A DNA stretch of 64,000 nt from a virus. Every line of letters starts with the position of its first letter. Within the stretch, counting starts at the first letter, position 1. A program made the position numbers and the translations under genes. Under the pieces are notes generated by a model, which saw nothing but the letters and a program-made list of their open reading frames with translations, was not told the DNA's origin and searched no databases. The stretch is taken from positions 32,001-96,000 of IMG/VR virus record IMGVR_UViG_3300044642_000074; one strand, given 5' to 3'. Shown here in pieces: positions 33,601 through 41,359 of this stretch.

Positions 33601-35426
33601 AGTCTAAGACACTTCGTACTGATGATCTAAGAGGTTCTATTGAACGCTATTATAGCAAAGGATATAAACTTAATGAGAAGGATTCAATCTTCCAGTTAGG
33701 TGTACTTTTAGATTATCTGGAATACAACTCTCAGGCTCAGTACTTGACTGAGTTTATTCGCTCTATTGGATATGATAATACCAAGACTAAGTCTATCATA
33801 GAGAACCAGTTGCAGAATACTCGTTGGGAAAAGATGCTGGGTAGTGAGTTTATTGCTAACCCAGAGGCTATTCTTGAGAATACTTTCATTGGTGAGATGA
33901 AAGAACAGAAGGAAGATCTTCCTAACCTGTTCCGTAATTTCTTTGTTTCTCTGCATCCTAAGGCTCAGCCGGTCTTTGAACCACTGAAAAGACAGATAAA
34001 CAACCGGGATATCTTTATGCTTCCTGATGCCCAGGCTGAGTTGATAAACAAATACCAGAACTTCTTTATAAATTATATTATACAGACTACTCCGTATATG
34101 AAGAACGGAATACAGACCAGCTTGAATGGTCAGTATGAAAACTTGATGAAAGGAGCAATGTCTATGGGTAAACAGCTGAAGATGCTTCGTGAGGTTCCTG
34201 ATCCTAATATTTCTGAGAACCTAGTTGTAAAGGAACTCCTGCCTATCCTAACATCTGATTCTACGCAGGTAGATAATATCAAGCTGTTTAAGAATCGTAT
34301 GGATACTTTTAAAAACAATATACTTATAGAGTCTGTAGACAATCTGTACAGCTATGCTAAGACTACTGGTAATATAGCTCTACAAAACTTTGTAGAAAAT
34401 TTGGGAACATTTGCTATCTTGCAAACAGGTCTACAAGAAGGTGGTTTAAACTACACAAAGATTCTTCCAGTTCACCTCTATACAAAGGTTGTTAATGAGA
34501 TCATGACCAACTTTACAGATGGTGTAGCAGAGGTTAATCCTCAGCTTGTTTGGAGACAGTTCCATCAGAACAACTGGAGAAACCAGAACATCACACCTAG
34601 AGTGAAGTTTGCAAAGAAAGATAAGCTTACCGGTAATTTATTACTTAGTGCAAGCTACAGTGATTCAGAGTATGACTATGTTTCTAAGACAACCATACGC
34701 CCTGACATTGCCGGCCGTGCAAACGAGCAGAGAAGAGCTGAGCTCCTTAAGCAGAAGAGATACAATGAGGTGTTTGAGACTGTTATATATGAAAAGATTC
34801 AGAGTGACCTGGATATGGGAGATGATACAAACGTAGCTTACCGACCTATACAAAAACTTGGAGACGTATATAAATTCGTGGAAGTATACGCAACAGACAG
34901 ATCGTCTATTATACCTCAGAACCTTACCGTGGATCTTACCACAGGAGCTCTTCAGGCTACTTATATTCCTCAAAGTGAAGTAAGTGTAGTAAGTGAAGCT
35001 AGTGCTGTAAAACCGGTACTGCCTCAGAATCAGGGTATGGCAATGCCTTCTAACTTAATCTTGAACCTAGGTGGAGTACAACCTGTTGCTGCTGAATCTA
35101 AAGTAGCAGAAGCTGCTTTAACACCAGTTGATAAAAATACTCTAAAAGATGGTGACGTTGTTTTTGACAAAAACGGAACCAGATTTACATTTAGAGGTTT
35201 AAGAGCTGAAGGACAAGTTGGTGCTCGTTCTCCAAGACTTGAAGAAGCCAATGGAAATATTGTTATTCCTGGTGAAAACATACAGCTTTTCCGTTCATCT
35301 GATCAGAACATTTCCGATGCTCAGATCATTGCTAGCTCTGAATACAAAACCTGGGCTGCCAATAATGCTAATCCGTTAATGACTGACCAAGAGAATTTAG
35401 AATACTATAAACAGTGTAAGTTATAA
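21615..35426 (+). CDS. Giant virion RNA polymerase-containing protein (crAss-like single-chain two-barrel RNAP)
   Basis: 4603 aa; GFRIPTQ (32355) and catalytic GSDFDIDK (32472-32495); N-terminal hydrophobic Gly/Ala helices, coiled coils and a zincin-like segment. Confidence 0.9.
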   Translation: MIENLFEQGLDNVDVPENLEETPGLELGNLDQPESPEQSPLGTPAPVQSTPSVDPPTKKYKSYEAALDAAELGAKKFFPFADTDFLRSKTVSGDRARKYNDMEYGYRYGVDMDDFYGEMESPLTTFAKGAGRFVLGVGTKVGQGAGFLLGLANPQNWDEDIITKASDNGITYLFDQLDEKTKQDWLPTFQEAADRDKGFWNKFFTDGDFWMTDAVDGAAFLVSAWVPGMALSKLGLGTKLAQSLSGLRLGVGGAEAAVEGAAMTQNYLTKANSIFKTGIDKFNAWALATSSEAMFEAAEARRGIIDSLTYDEFGRLKINPVTGTPYSEDEKRKIAGGAAQNSFLLNAALLAGTNALELRWIGSMFGAGERAAVSGITGATNLTDRMVAEQAVGKFSKFLSSGKGAFLSGATQGILAEGFVEENAQLAIQRVNQQYGMQGKVAEFGNLGDFITQFKNQTFNALIGKDPEAATSIGIGGILGTLGGGISSTIQQRKDRTLTEQVINAYNLAQDNWLKFGNIYKTQDVFTVDEQGTTVKTQQVVFDQNGEPVVDQEKLSGALTGYTAVTAALDEASKLQPGFQRDILRDTAFADFVTAHINAGIENTVIDKLNSLQKASPQDLAKLGFTVGENAEQQINRYKNLASAIINQNKLINSDILVDNSQEDKARKNYLLKLAADQAVYKSLVNENQTALTEIQNQLVTSENSSLSDGLVEQLNELAQRIKSQEEILQEMGTSPDTGIRKQVANQVLDELKQNYEQLEKDNTTTIQSLKKDKDGFYEYEKPGRNIPGVYDQYKKKVRLKGELQNQIKLNGLEWSKYADTKNGKQNFLQMFKEDIVDPLTQAAAEAQDAQSQLGKTITLTGTDANGNPKAIDITVGKLYVGKFTKSERYRGKQIVSVFNNDKIKILDISEDGSTVTIKANGEVMEMSAQELADIAIPENWRAFDSLTDDQKLYLTLRNQVIEYRVLERDASGKPIKQANGKYKTRVVKGRVAMNKNRTDLLFTYIDPTTNKKKFVDFDMRYVVNQESLEKLLTPQQFSVKSQEEKVKQKYETQKQFLTNLITETEAKLADADTRRQANVQEFQKLEEDLKGMREMLEEAVSFLEKNPYTRGRKSNAYKSMEELSQQLTDEINKKETQLAALQKEKEDLTNLLEALKSTNELYYQGLIELEETSQPFLADQSGSIFAQEQADLETAQDNQVTRRFNSSELEQMIEQTETEVELIDDRVNYLQGYINQLKKMLDKVLVFKDVADALMEITDREQLRNALKMLEDQSSVLADNTDVTKVGDILLPSAPVENIAPQVTDVIKKEIVKALRKGLARGDKGIEAQYTLELIQRLKDSVQEMDDLIQKRDELAPKLIRLETALQQKQLLTSLQERVNFLKTIQEGLLAQYEIRQQEILTQRQSKTAEVVQNQMMGDKLADEEVSQDSETYNFDVKKPLLAVHGLFTTAGRHFVDDADTELNMENNNALFYKLSAMADLLTDEFYLMPVTAENDTFGIRRPDVYGDDIKLVVVKKVGNEFKFVDANGEVLENPTKETLVYTSMHGNATMFGDNVQAAVDSVKNSFTTKGLTDAEILDHIKRFKAFRDKIKADIEAGRPAYVPVMGKSKGVQVFVEKDASGLPQELPMEGRLISEDTADYTNMTHPDGQGISLVVSTLKDNTAVDVKPGRVIMQKADGTGFRVFNRQLSQEEKDNFINTLKVLTGLLARKNSTTSPLSKQEALDLSDVLTYLNGLVFWTKQDSISQSENKFYINQDNGMLYRGTNAVALTADAIEAAKETLTKDLYHQVNNNLVKLNDPFFQVIVDENMKISKVEYQNYVHYLLGTQDMKGQNRRLGTPVVYTNTPAYSPDDLTPQLKSVFFTYQDPDNPIIPKVTVTQNNIAFPAAQAQPNGQPVVGTAATGFVINPAAFGATAPAASQQQTPAPAVAAQNPFIFNPAGFTAQPQAQPAAQPQPAVPGFVFNPNQPVQPQSTTQAPANPFILNTAEFVAPPQPVFPTTQTATPGASTLISTILSDQYQQSMPSMSDPSTKVSNVYREALDTLKKREDFKKVAKWFSEKLPQISVEKVAELIDGIAWGAFKNGAVYISENAEEGTGFHEAFEAVWGSYLTVEEQMELAKAFRSLEGEFTNPFTKETKPYSQASMYDVREMLAEGMRDYMLERSTYGGKILAFFKELWNAIKALVGLGNINEAEELINNVYKSINQGKYVNAKQVRDVSMMGTAYSQAIPGTTQEFSTQFTEGLTGFFFMNLYASQKNIDSLLDKYSNTNQLLKQLFVQSLEDMKSYLVGPMSNFAQRYVNVARKQLGRDLTQDELNFLYTQYLNQDRNAYQIEQAFGQPKYVYDNLKASLKKFGLQFKELTSQEDEEFINNKEESVTDALGIRDAIFIDPRRLTAVNFRMLLGSLTSDTYDSAYKSDTNPMGIVFEKNNLGLPKLIDFDNVHNMLINELNGSASRIEGGKFIDALTEMMNKLDKKYKNINGTYKPGYVWIQRLKNRLKYAGTEGSYFTTANITADDIALMIGFEKSLLNKQNLPVKTIIGENGYIFDTDPIQTNSESKIREEWENNVMTSTQPLSRKSQSSLLGVDDKGMIVIDRSSYAYAGNPADTSKPHLSMSRPTFNQIIEILSEFGIKFTASNEELKKHKVAINRSYSAIREKIIDGTISTMQDLYGRNVVNKAITDLVEIQAEYSAEDNVLMHLTAEGKPQYSITLPSNITYVLNSLNDAKNLADFVSSNPQFGFVDQSGNVALHPYQSRSLLLKPGGLIFDADGNKRLDMDVKYHLISGVAAQDSDGTNTSDLTYPDRVMQEIHYLLKNIHYTIINSDKSTEFALGLNNSFVSFREASAGIDSADFSKVINIYMDQLEDEIDSAVREQELPSNIQYYSKEVKQLGHYRDILGPALVKEFTDKVLKKKMTKQDFMNKPAVQAAIKNHITGLASETLQGLIDLDIIKATQVGTTTAGKPVFEYSTKAISQEQLSLLKLDGSQMNQADIESLMTYLAVNKEIAVVEQHKLIYGHPVMYKDLAKRANGANSNKDAIVDNHEIVKWMDQNMPRLDGKKRSSNTTQTFKNISFKDVNTVSEFYKEIAENMYASMKEDMSKDAAEKRIGVKFDAKGKFKNFILDDKKGFTGEIKAYLNLNEADAQAYIMPDLYRDMLYLSSKISKNQLRQWEYERAYEVVARSSKRKDHPAYKNYSKIYTKEQMAEFRKIVEAGSPGIVMQPLKPQYFGYANNSSLMQTVFLKHSVQPKFYRQVEGSQFEKLYLAAQNNQVDIVGFESGEKVGNMLNSKGEFLPIYNTAGEINIPVQYDQNGNTQSVNLPDGMPVQELFTRYYGIQQEVPALSKSKVVRGTQVTKLVMSNFKVDGKFTSAEAEAKVNEYNSILRQMIRLGKEELLEELGMQRLGDGSYIVADINKMVSMLREELEKRDLPNNLIDGLQATPDGSSLMYKFDTLANRNKIDNILNSIVDSRVISDKMFGKSAVQVASTGFEGAGRTMVYLNNGVYEEVAENELTDEQRASVQTTSNELKFYRNENGRIQGMEVYISWFFDGVKPEDVGLKLVNGIYQIPENFDMRLLEAIGFRIPTQGMNSIENIIIKGFLPKEAGDMVVVPSEIVGKAGSDFDIDKLNMYLSNYYVLDGKINYLQDGLTTEQLTEIAKKIYAENTDTRVETNEFINSVFEGIPNDETEFVQSFVKSYEKKNLQNKFKKVMQDLVSLPENYRQLVVPNGAATLKSLASEINELKGRDDAESSFLALRKFIPMAEVRQRYLTGKAMVGIAALQTTSHTMSQVSSIRLTGTYDPKSLYYLFEGTRKKEIIVRLPHNRTENGDLYLYAKKDQSGRWISELLSEALTGFVDAAKDPFVFELNLSLGTAGTWFYLQKLGVPVQDIAYLFNQPIVDQYMKEEAKNRSYFKKANDESLSKFLLMMKVAAPYMDNVPSLRGTYEKINNLLSEIEKFEDADIPFQLKNQQIIGFRKQIKQLRQKTADELASLRDESKTLRTDDLRGSIERYYSKGYKLNEKDSIFQLGVLLDYLEYNSQAQYLTEFIRSIGYDNTKTKSIIENQLQNTRWEKMLGSEFIANPEAILENTFIGEMKEQKEDLPNLFRNFFVSLHPKAQPVFEPLKRQINNRDIFMLPDAQAELINKYQNFFINYIIQTTPYMKNGIQTSLNGQYENLMKGAMSMGKQLKMLREVPDPNISENLVVKELLPILTSDSTQVDNIKLFKNRMDTFKNNILIESVDNLYSYAKTTGNIALQNFVENLGTFAILQTGLQEGGLNYTKILPVHLYTKVVNEIMTNFTDGVAEVNPQLVWRQFHQNNWRNQNITPRVKFAKKDKLTGNLLLSASYSDSEYDYVSKTTIRPDIAGRANEQRRAELLKQKRYNEVFETVIYEKIQSDLDMGDDTNVAYRPIQKLGDVYKFVEVYATDRSSIIPQNLTVDLTTGALQATYIPQSEVSVVSEASAVKPVLPQNQGMAMPSNLILNLGGVQPVAAESKVAEAALTPVDKNTLKDGDVVFDKNGTRFTFRGLRAEGQVGARSPRLEEANGNIVIPGENIQLFRSSDQNISDAQIIASSEYKTWAANNANPLMTDQENLEYYKQCKL

Positions 35427-35430
35427 ACCT

Positions 35431-38400
35431 ATGAAGTGTCTTAATACATCTTTACCTACTGTACAAGAAAGTTTGGCAGTAATCAAGTCTGAGCCCATGG
35501 TGGCTAAGATCTTGGATATGCTGGATGAAAACGCTACTTCCCAAGACGTTATAAAAAAGTACAATGACATGTACAATAAGTCTGAGGAAGGAACAAAACT
35601 GAACCAGAAAGTCATGAGCTTTCTGGACAAGATTGGTGTATCTGTAGAAAAGGTAAACCAGATCAAGGATGCTGAAGGTAATCCTTTGCAAGCTACAGCC
35701 AAGGCTGATATGCTCAATAAGATTATTCAGGTTATTGAAGGTCGTGCTGATCTTAACACATTATCTGAGGAAGCCGCTCACTTTTTTGTAGAGATGCTGA
35801 ACGATGACAGTCCGTTGCTTAAAGAGATGATGGATAAGATCACCGGTTATGATCTGTATAGACAGACTGTAGAAAGATATAAGAATCTGCCTGAGTATAG
35901 ACTTCAGGGAGGTGGTGTTAACTTTCCTAAGCTTAAGAAGGAAGCTATTGGTCAGCTGATAGCTCAGGCTATTATCAGACAGGAACAAGGGAATGAGACT
36001 GATGAACGTCTTGGTTTCTTGATGAAATGGTGGAGCAAGCTTTGGGACTTTGTTACTAAGTCTTTTAGCAGGGTAGAGGAGAATCCGTTTGAAACAGCTG
36101 CTCAGCAAATTGTAGCCGGGGAAACTGCAGACTTAGAAGTAAACAAAGACATAGAAGGTGTATACTTTCAGCTTGATGATAGTATAAACAAACTAAAGGA
36201 CGAGCAAAGCAGATTGACACTAGATAACAGTGTTGATCCGCGTACTGGACAGAAGCGTCACGTATACAATCGTGATGGCAAAGTTGTAAAGTTAAACGTT
36301 ACTACAGCTAAAGTAGACCCATACTATAGAAGCATATTCCCTAATGACAAAAGAGACGAGCGTAAAAAGCAGGTTGACCTTGAAAAAGCTCAGTACGGGG
36401 ACATGATCCACGCTACTATAGAAGCAATCATTGATACTTATATTGATCCAATAACAAAGAGACGCAGGGTTAGCCCGGCTCAGTCAAGATCTCAATACGT
36501 AGGTACTGACTTCTATAATACCTTGGACGCTTATGTACGTGAGTTGATCAGTACATACGATCCTAATACCGTGTTTATGCGTGAGGTTAAGGTTTATGAC
36601 CCAACTCAAGACATGGCAGGTAGTATTGACTTGATTGCCGTTACACCGGATGGTACCGTGAATGTTTATGACTGGAAGAGTCAGGAAGTAGGTAAAGGTA
36701 AAACTGAACTTCCTTCTTATAAAGAAAAGGCATACAAGATTCAGCTGCAGGAATATGTAAACATACTTAGAAATGTATACGGCTTTAATAAGTTTGGTAA
36801 GATAAGAGCCATTCCTATTAAGACAAACTTTGCTTATACGGGTCCTGTAGGAGCTAAGCAGCTTTCCGGATTAAATAGTGTGGAGATCGCACCTGTTGAC
36901 TCTCGTTTAACAGATCCATCTAAAGATTACTTGCTACCAATTACTTTAAAAGAAGATAAGGAAGAAGATGAAAGTCTTTCTGAAATGATTGGTAAGCTTA
37001 ACAGCTTGTTAGAGCGTTTTGAAAACACAGCTAAGAATGCTAGAGCTTCCGAAAGAATTAAGATGCAGGATCAGATTGATCGTTACAGAAAAGCTATCAG
37101 GGATCTACATCTTAGAAAAGATATTAGGAAATTTATTGAGCTAGGTACTTTTGAAGTTAACCGCTACCAGAAGAAACTAAATGAAAACACCCTTACAGAA
37201 AAGGATGCTTTAGAATCACTAGATATCTTAAAGGTTTTCTCTGGTACTACCTATTACTTTAAGAACTATATGGGCCAGCTTCGTGCTGCATTAAATGCAG
37301 AGCAGGATCCGAATGTAAAACAGATTTACCAGGATATCATCAATAACTATAACTCTCTTAACTCTAATGCTGAGATTACAGTAAAAGAAATGGAGAAGGC
37401 TATTTTGGAAATAGGTAAGAAGGTAGCTGAAGAAAAAGGAGGTATTCAGAATCTGATGATGTCAGAAAAAAAGATTGGTTCTGCTGCCGGATTCTTTGAT
37501 GCTCTTAGCCAAATACCACAAAGAGCTTTTAAAGCTTTTTACAGAATACTTAGCGATGCTCAGAATAAACGTGACCTTTTATATGCAGAGTCTGTAAAAA
37601 CCTTGGGTCAGCTTAAGACAGATCTTGATGCCTGGGCTAGAAATAAAGGTCTTGCTGGAGAAAGAATGTTTGACGGACTATTGGAAATAGATGAGAAAGG
37701 TAACTGGAACGGTGAGTTTCTTAGAAAATATAATAAGCAAGCATATAAAGAACGTAAGAAAGCTATTGATGGTGCGGATATAAACTGGATCAAAGCTAAT
37801 ATGACTTTTGATAAAGCCTGGTATGAAAAAGACCTGGCTTCATACGTCAAGTATGTAGAGTCTATGCAGTATGATACAGATCCTCAGATAAACGCTGCTA
37901 TTCAACAGCGTACAATCAATAACTGGATCTCTAACTTTAACGTTGCTGCAAACGGTCAGAATGACTTTGCGTTGTTAAATGTACAAAACAAGTACATGAG
38001 ATTTAATGATAACTGGATTACTGACAAGTGGAAGAACCTGCAGAAGCCAGAGAATGCACCGTTAAAGAAAGTGTATGATGAGTTCCAGAAACTTCTACGT
38101 AGGTCAGAAGACTTAGGTATGATAGATGAATACTCTTGGGACTTTATTCCGTCTATCTACAAAGGAAAGCTAGATCATATTGCTTTTGGTGGTAGTGTGT
38201 TTACCTCAAAAGGATTTTTAGAAGAGCTACAAGTAGCAACCGGAGACAACTATACACCACAGATAGATCCTATTACCGGTAAGGTTATGATGAACATACC
38301 TGTTCATTTTACCCAGGATATTGGGGTAGAAAAAGAAGATGGTACAGTTGATTACTCTCAGAAGAGTAGAGATCTTTTTAAAGTATTTGGTGTATGGTCT

Positions 38401-40050
38401 GCACAGATGGCTTCCTACGAAGCTATGAGTGAGATAGAAGATGCTGCCAATATACTTGTCCATGTGGAAAAGAACAAGGATTCACTTGTTACTGATAACT
38501 GGGGTAATGTAGTTATTGAGAATAACTCAGCTAAGGTTGCAAAAGGAAATGAGCGTAATGCTAAACTACTTGAGGACTTTGTAAACTTCTACATGTATAA
38601 CAAGATGAGTGACAATACCTCTGATACTAAGTTTAAGTTCAGAGATAAAGAATACTCTCTTAATAAGACTGCCAGATGGTTTATGAAATTCTTCTCGTTA
38701 AAGACTCTTGCGTTAAACCCTATATCAGGTACAGCACAGTTTGTTGGTGGTACCGGTAACGCTTTGTTTCTTGCTGCCAAGAAAACTATATTTACTACAG
38801 GAGACTGGACCAGCTCAGTTTATCAAGTTACAAAACGTGATCCTAAGACTATTGCACTATTACACTATGCGGATATTCTTTTAGAAGACCGTAAAGAGGC
38901 CAGGTCAACAGAGCTTTCTGTATCTAAGATTGTACAGTTTAATACGATGGACAAAATGTATTTTATCCAACGTGCTTCAGATAAAGCTGTTCAGTATCCT
39001 GTTGCTATTGCTACAATGATGAACCACATGGTTGATGAAAACGGTAATATTGTAGATATTACAAAGACAGTTAAGAAAGAGTTTGATTATGACAAAGTGT
39101 TTTATAACGTATCTCCTGAGGAGCGTAATGCTCTTAAAGAAAAGATAGATGCTAAAGTAAAAGAACTAAAGGAAAACAAGTCAATCTATGCTACTACCAA
39201 GATTGTAAATGACAAGCTTGAGATTCCAGGAATAGATATTAACTCTCAGGAGTGGGCCAAGTTCAGAGGTAAGATCAAGCAGGTTAATAAAACAATCCTG
39301 GGTAACTCTACCCGTGATGATATTAACTCAGTACGAACTACACAGTTAGGTATGGCTTTAATGCAGTTCCGTTCATGGATGCCTCAGATGGTTAAAGAGC
39401 GTTTTGGTAAACTGAATTATAACCAGGATCTTGATCTGTACTCAATGGGTAAGACTAGGTTATTTTTTGGAGAGATTATTAAACACCCGTTAACTATTGC
39501 TAAGTCTATTATATCTAGTTCCGGAACAAACATGATTGAAGCTGCTAAGCAGCGTTATATTCAAGAAAGAGCTGATGCTGCTTTAGAGGGAAGAGACTTT
39601 ACTTTAAGTGAAGCTGAGTTTATTGATATGTATGTTGGTAATATCAGGTCCCAGATCCGCGAGTTGGCTACAGTTATTGGGGTACTCTCATTGATTATGA
39701 TGGCTAAGCCTGGGGATGATGATGACAAGCATGAGAAAGGTGTTAGAAAATACATAGCCCGAGCTTTAGAAAAATACTATGCGGAGTTTTCATTCTACTA
39801 TCTACCTACATCATTTACAGAACTAGTTAACTCACCATTTCCTGTGGTAGGTTTAGCTACTGATTTTATTAGCTTTACTGAAGCTAGTGGTAAACAGTTT
39901 TACGGATATGTAACAGATGATGCCAAGATACAGAAAGACGCTAAACCTCTTAAGTATGGCTCAAGATTACTACCTATATTAAAAGAAGGTATCATGATGA
40001 GGGCCATCTTTGATGATGACTTTAGAAAAGAATGGGATATCAGATTATAA
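35431..40050 (+). CDS. Large virion cargo protein with degenerate zincin and PD-(D/E)XK nuclease domain
   Basis: EEAAH (35767); YGDMIH..IE, E.KV, AGSIDL, VYDWKS, YKIQLQEY (about 36390-36760). Confidence 0.7.
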   Translation: MKCLNTSLPTVQESLAVIKSEPMVAKILDMLDENATSQDVIKKYNDMYNKSEEGTKLNQKVMSFLDKIGVSVEKVNQIKDAEGNPLQATAKADMLNKIIQVIEGRADLNTLSEEAAHFFVEMLNDDSPLLKEMMDKITGYDLYRQTVERYKNLPEYRLQGGGVNFPKLKKEAIGQLIAQAIIRQEQGNETDERLGFLMKWWSKLWDFVTKSFSRVEENPFETAAQQIVAGETADLEVNKDIEGVYFQLDDSINKLKDEQSRLTLDNSVDPRTGQKRHVYNRDGKVVKLNVTTAKVDPYYRSIFPNDKRDERKKQVDLEKAQYGDMIHATIEAIIDTYIDPITKRRRVSPAQSRSQYVGTDFYNTLDAYVRELISTYDPNTVFMREVKVYDPTQDMAGSIDLIAVTPDGTVNVYDWKSQEVGKGKTELPSYKEKAYKIQLQEYVNILRNVYGFNKFGKIRAIPIKTNFAYTGPVGAKQLSGLNSVEIAPVDSRLTDPSKDYLLPITLKEDKEEDESLSEMIGKLNSLLERFENTAKNARASERIKMQDQIDRYRKAIRDLHLRKDIRKFIELGTFEVNRYQKKLNENTLTEKDALESLDILKVFSGTTYYFKNYMGQLRAALNAEQDPNVKQIYQDIINNYNSLNSNAEITVKEMEKAILEIGKKVAEEKGGIQNLMMSEKKIGSAAGFFDALSQIPQRAFKAFYRILSDAQNKRDLLYAESVKTLGQLKTDLDAWARNKGLAGERMFDGLLEIDEKGNWNGEFLRKYNKQAYKERKKAIDGADINWIKANMTFDKAWYEKDLASYVKYVESMQYDTDPQINAAIQQRTINNWISNFNVAANGQNDFALLNVQNKYMRFNDNWITDKWKNLQKPENAPLKKVYDEFQKLLRRSEDLGMIDEYSWDFIPSIYKGKLDHIAFGGSVFTSKGFLEELQVATGDNYTPQIDPITGKVMMNIPVHFTQDIGVEKEDGTVDYSQKSRDLFKVFGVWSAQMASYEAMSEIEDAANILVHVEKNKDSLVTDNWGNVVIENNSAKVAKGNERNAKLLEDFVNFYMYNKMSDNTSDTKFKFRDKEYSLNKTARWFMKFFSLKTLALNPISGTAQFVGGTGNALFLAAKKTIFTTGDWTSSVYQVTKRDPKTIALLHYADILLEDRKEARSTELSVSKIVQFNTMDKMYFIQRASDKAVQYPVAIATMMNHMVDENGNIVDITKTVKKEFDYDKVFYNVSPEERNALKEKIDAKVKELKENKSIYATTKIVNDKLEIPGIDINSQEWAKFRGKIKQVNKTILGNSTRDDINSVRTTQLGMALMQFRSWMPQMVKERFGKLNYNQDLDLYSMGKTRLFFGEIIKHPLTIAKSIISSSGTNMIEAAKQRYIQERADAALEGRDFTLSEAEFIDMYVGNIRSQIRELATVIGVLSLIMMAKPGDDDDKHEKGVRKYIARALEKYYAEFSFYYLPTSFTELVNSPFPVVGLATDFISFTEASGKQFYGYVTDDAKIQKDAKPLKYGSRLLPILKEGIMMRAIFDDDFRKEWDIRL

Positions 40051-40085
40051 AAGAAAAGAGCACTAACTGTGCTCTTTCTTTTTTC
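40051..40085. terminator. Bidirectional terminator between the convergent blocks
   Basis: AAAGAGCAC-taact-GTGCTCTTT with A-rich and T-rich flanks at the +/- convergence. Confidence 0.75.
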
Positions 40086-40236
40086 TTCCAAGACTTAGTG
40101 TAAAGCTCATAAAAATAAGTCCTACACGAAGACTGTAGACAGGAACCTTATAGATGTTGTCTATACCTGTTATAAATTCAACGCCTAGTAAAGCTCGGGT
40201 AGAGCTTAATAGCTCAAAGGTAAATGTCCAAAGCAT
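40063..40236 (-). CDS. Small hydrophobic hypothetical protein (57 aa)
   Basis: The ATG at 40236 follows the 40239 stop; preferred over the overlapping 40293 start. Confidence 0.45.
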   Translation of the reverse strand: MLWTFTFELLSSTRALLGVEFITGIDNIYKVPVYSLRVGLIFMSFTLSLGRKKKEHS

Positions 40237-40238
40237 AG

Positions 40239-40682
40239 TTATTGTTTTTCTACGGTGAAAGGATGACGTCCCAGGTAGCAGTCTTCCGGCCAACCCATGT
40301 GACGTTTAAACCCGTTGATGAAGCTTTGTATATTACTAGCTCCAACAGGGTTATGGCTGTGGACTGAAACAGCATTAATTGTTTTCCCAGAATTTTGGGA
40401 AAACTCTACTAGCCATCGGGCACAGTCTAACCCGGTTTTTTCCTTATAGCTTTCATAGTCTGGTTGTTGCCATCCAATGCTTAGCTTCTGTTTAAAGTAA
40501 TCATCTATGTGTTCCTCTGCCAGATCGTGATCAAAACTGATCAGGTCAGGTATGCCTTTTTCTATAATAAATCCTGTAAACTCTTCATAGTTCCGAACAA
40601 CAGACCAGGGATTATACCCCGGTATTGTTGTTGTTGGTGTCCTCTGATCGTCCAGGTACAATGCTGTTTTTAAGGTGCTCAT
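40239..40682 (-). CDS. Cyclic-phosphate-processing receiver-like domain protein
   Basis: LYLDDQR, ISFDHDL, TGLDCARWL and VHSHNPVG motifs. Confidence 0.75.
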   Translation of the reverse strand: MSTLKTALYLDDQRTPTTTIPGYNPWSVVRNYEEFTGFIIEKGIPDLISFDHDLAEEHIDDYFKQKLSIGWQQPDYESYKEKTGLDCARWLVEFSQNSGKTINAVSVHSHNPVGASNIQSFINGFKRHMGWPEDCYLGRHPFTVEKQ

Positions 40683-40833
40683 AGAATGGATCTATATTTA
40701 TGTTACCCTTGCTGTGCTTGGGTTCATAAGGGCAGTGTCTGCAGCCATTGCCACAGCACTGTCCACGGTTAATATGAAATAAGGGAGTGAGGATTACTCG
40801 GTCTCCCTCCATGTAGTAGAAGTCTTCTTTCAT
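40612..40833 (-). CDS. Small Cys-rich protein (DUF5522-like)
   Basis: RGQCCGNGCRHCPY motif. Confidence 0.7.
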   Translation of the reverse strand: MKEDFYYMEGDRVILTPLFHINRGQCCGNGCRHCPYEPKHSKGNINIDPFYEHLKNSIVPGRSEDTNNNNTGV

Positions 40834-41234
40834 ATAGCTTCATTAAGAAGGATATTACATTTTTCCATCCAGTTACCAGCTAATACGTCAACGATAATAG
40901 GGGCTTTCATACCTTTTTTATAGGCTTCGTAGCTTTCTTGTTCGTTGTCATCCAGGTGCCAGACGAACTCTGTTCCTTCTAAATAGTTTACTTTCCACTG
41001 CATGCAAGTAAATCTTACCCGCCAGCGTGGGATACCTAATCTGTCTACTACTTCCCAGAGATCATCCAGGGTAGCGTTATGAGGATACTTGTGTTTGTGG
41101 TTCTCGTCCCAGCGTGTGGTGACAACCCAAACTTCTATGCCGGATTCTATTAGTTCTTTAGCATAGTCTTGTACGTTTTGAAACTCTAACGTTCCGTCAA
41201 AGTCAAAGCTTACTTTTTTAGGGATTACTTTCAT
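40830..41234 (-). CDS. HAD-superfamily phosphatase
   Basis: SFDFDGTL, VVTTR and HLDDN motifs; start moved to the ATG at 41234 (ATGA overlap with the upstream small gene). Confidence 0.75.
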   Translation of the reverse strand: MKVIPKKVSFDFDGTLEFQNVQDYAKELIESGIEVWVVTTRWDENHKHKYPHNATLDDLWEVVDRLGIPRWRVRFTCMQWKVNYLEGTEFVWHLDDNEQESYEAYKKGMKAPIIVDVLAGNWMEKCNILLNEAI

Positions 41235-41359
41235 AGGATAAAGGATAATAACCAGCTCCATAGTCTGAAGCCGAGGTAAAAAATAATAGACCAGGTGATG
41301 ATGAAGGTCCAGTTCAGACTACTCAGTCTGTGTTTCCAGGTACGAATTATACTCTTCAT
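41231..41359 (-). CDS. 42-aa single-pass membrane protein, absent from the ORF track
   Basis: MKSIIRTWKHRLSSLNWTFIITWSIIFYLGFRLWSWLLSFIL*; its stop overlaps the HAD start (ATGA). Confidence 0.5.
   Translation of the reverse strand: MKSIIRTWKHRLSSLNWTFIITWSIIFYLGFRLWSWLLSFIL

Noticed and set aside
834-40091. Numerous short antisense or alternate-frame ORFs in the track
   Set aside because: They are shadows of long, motif-bearing genes and have no recognisable motifs.
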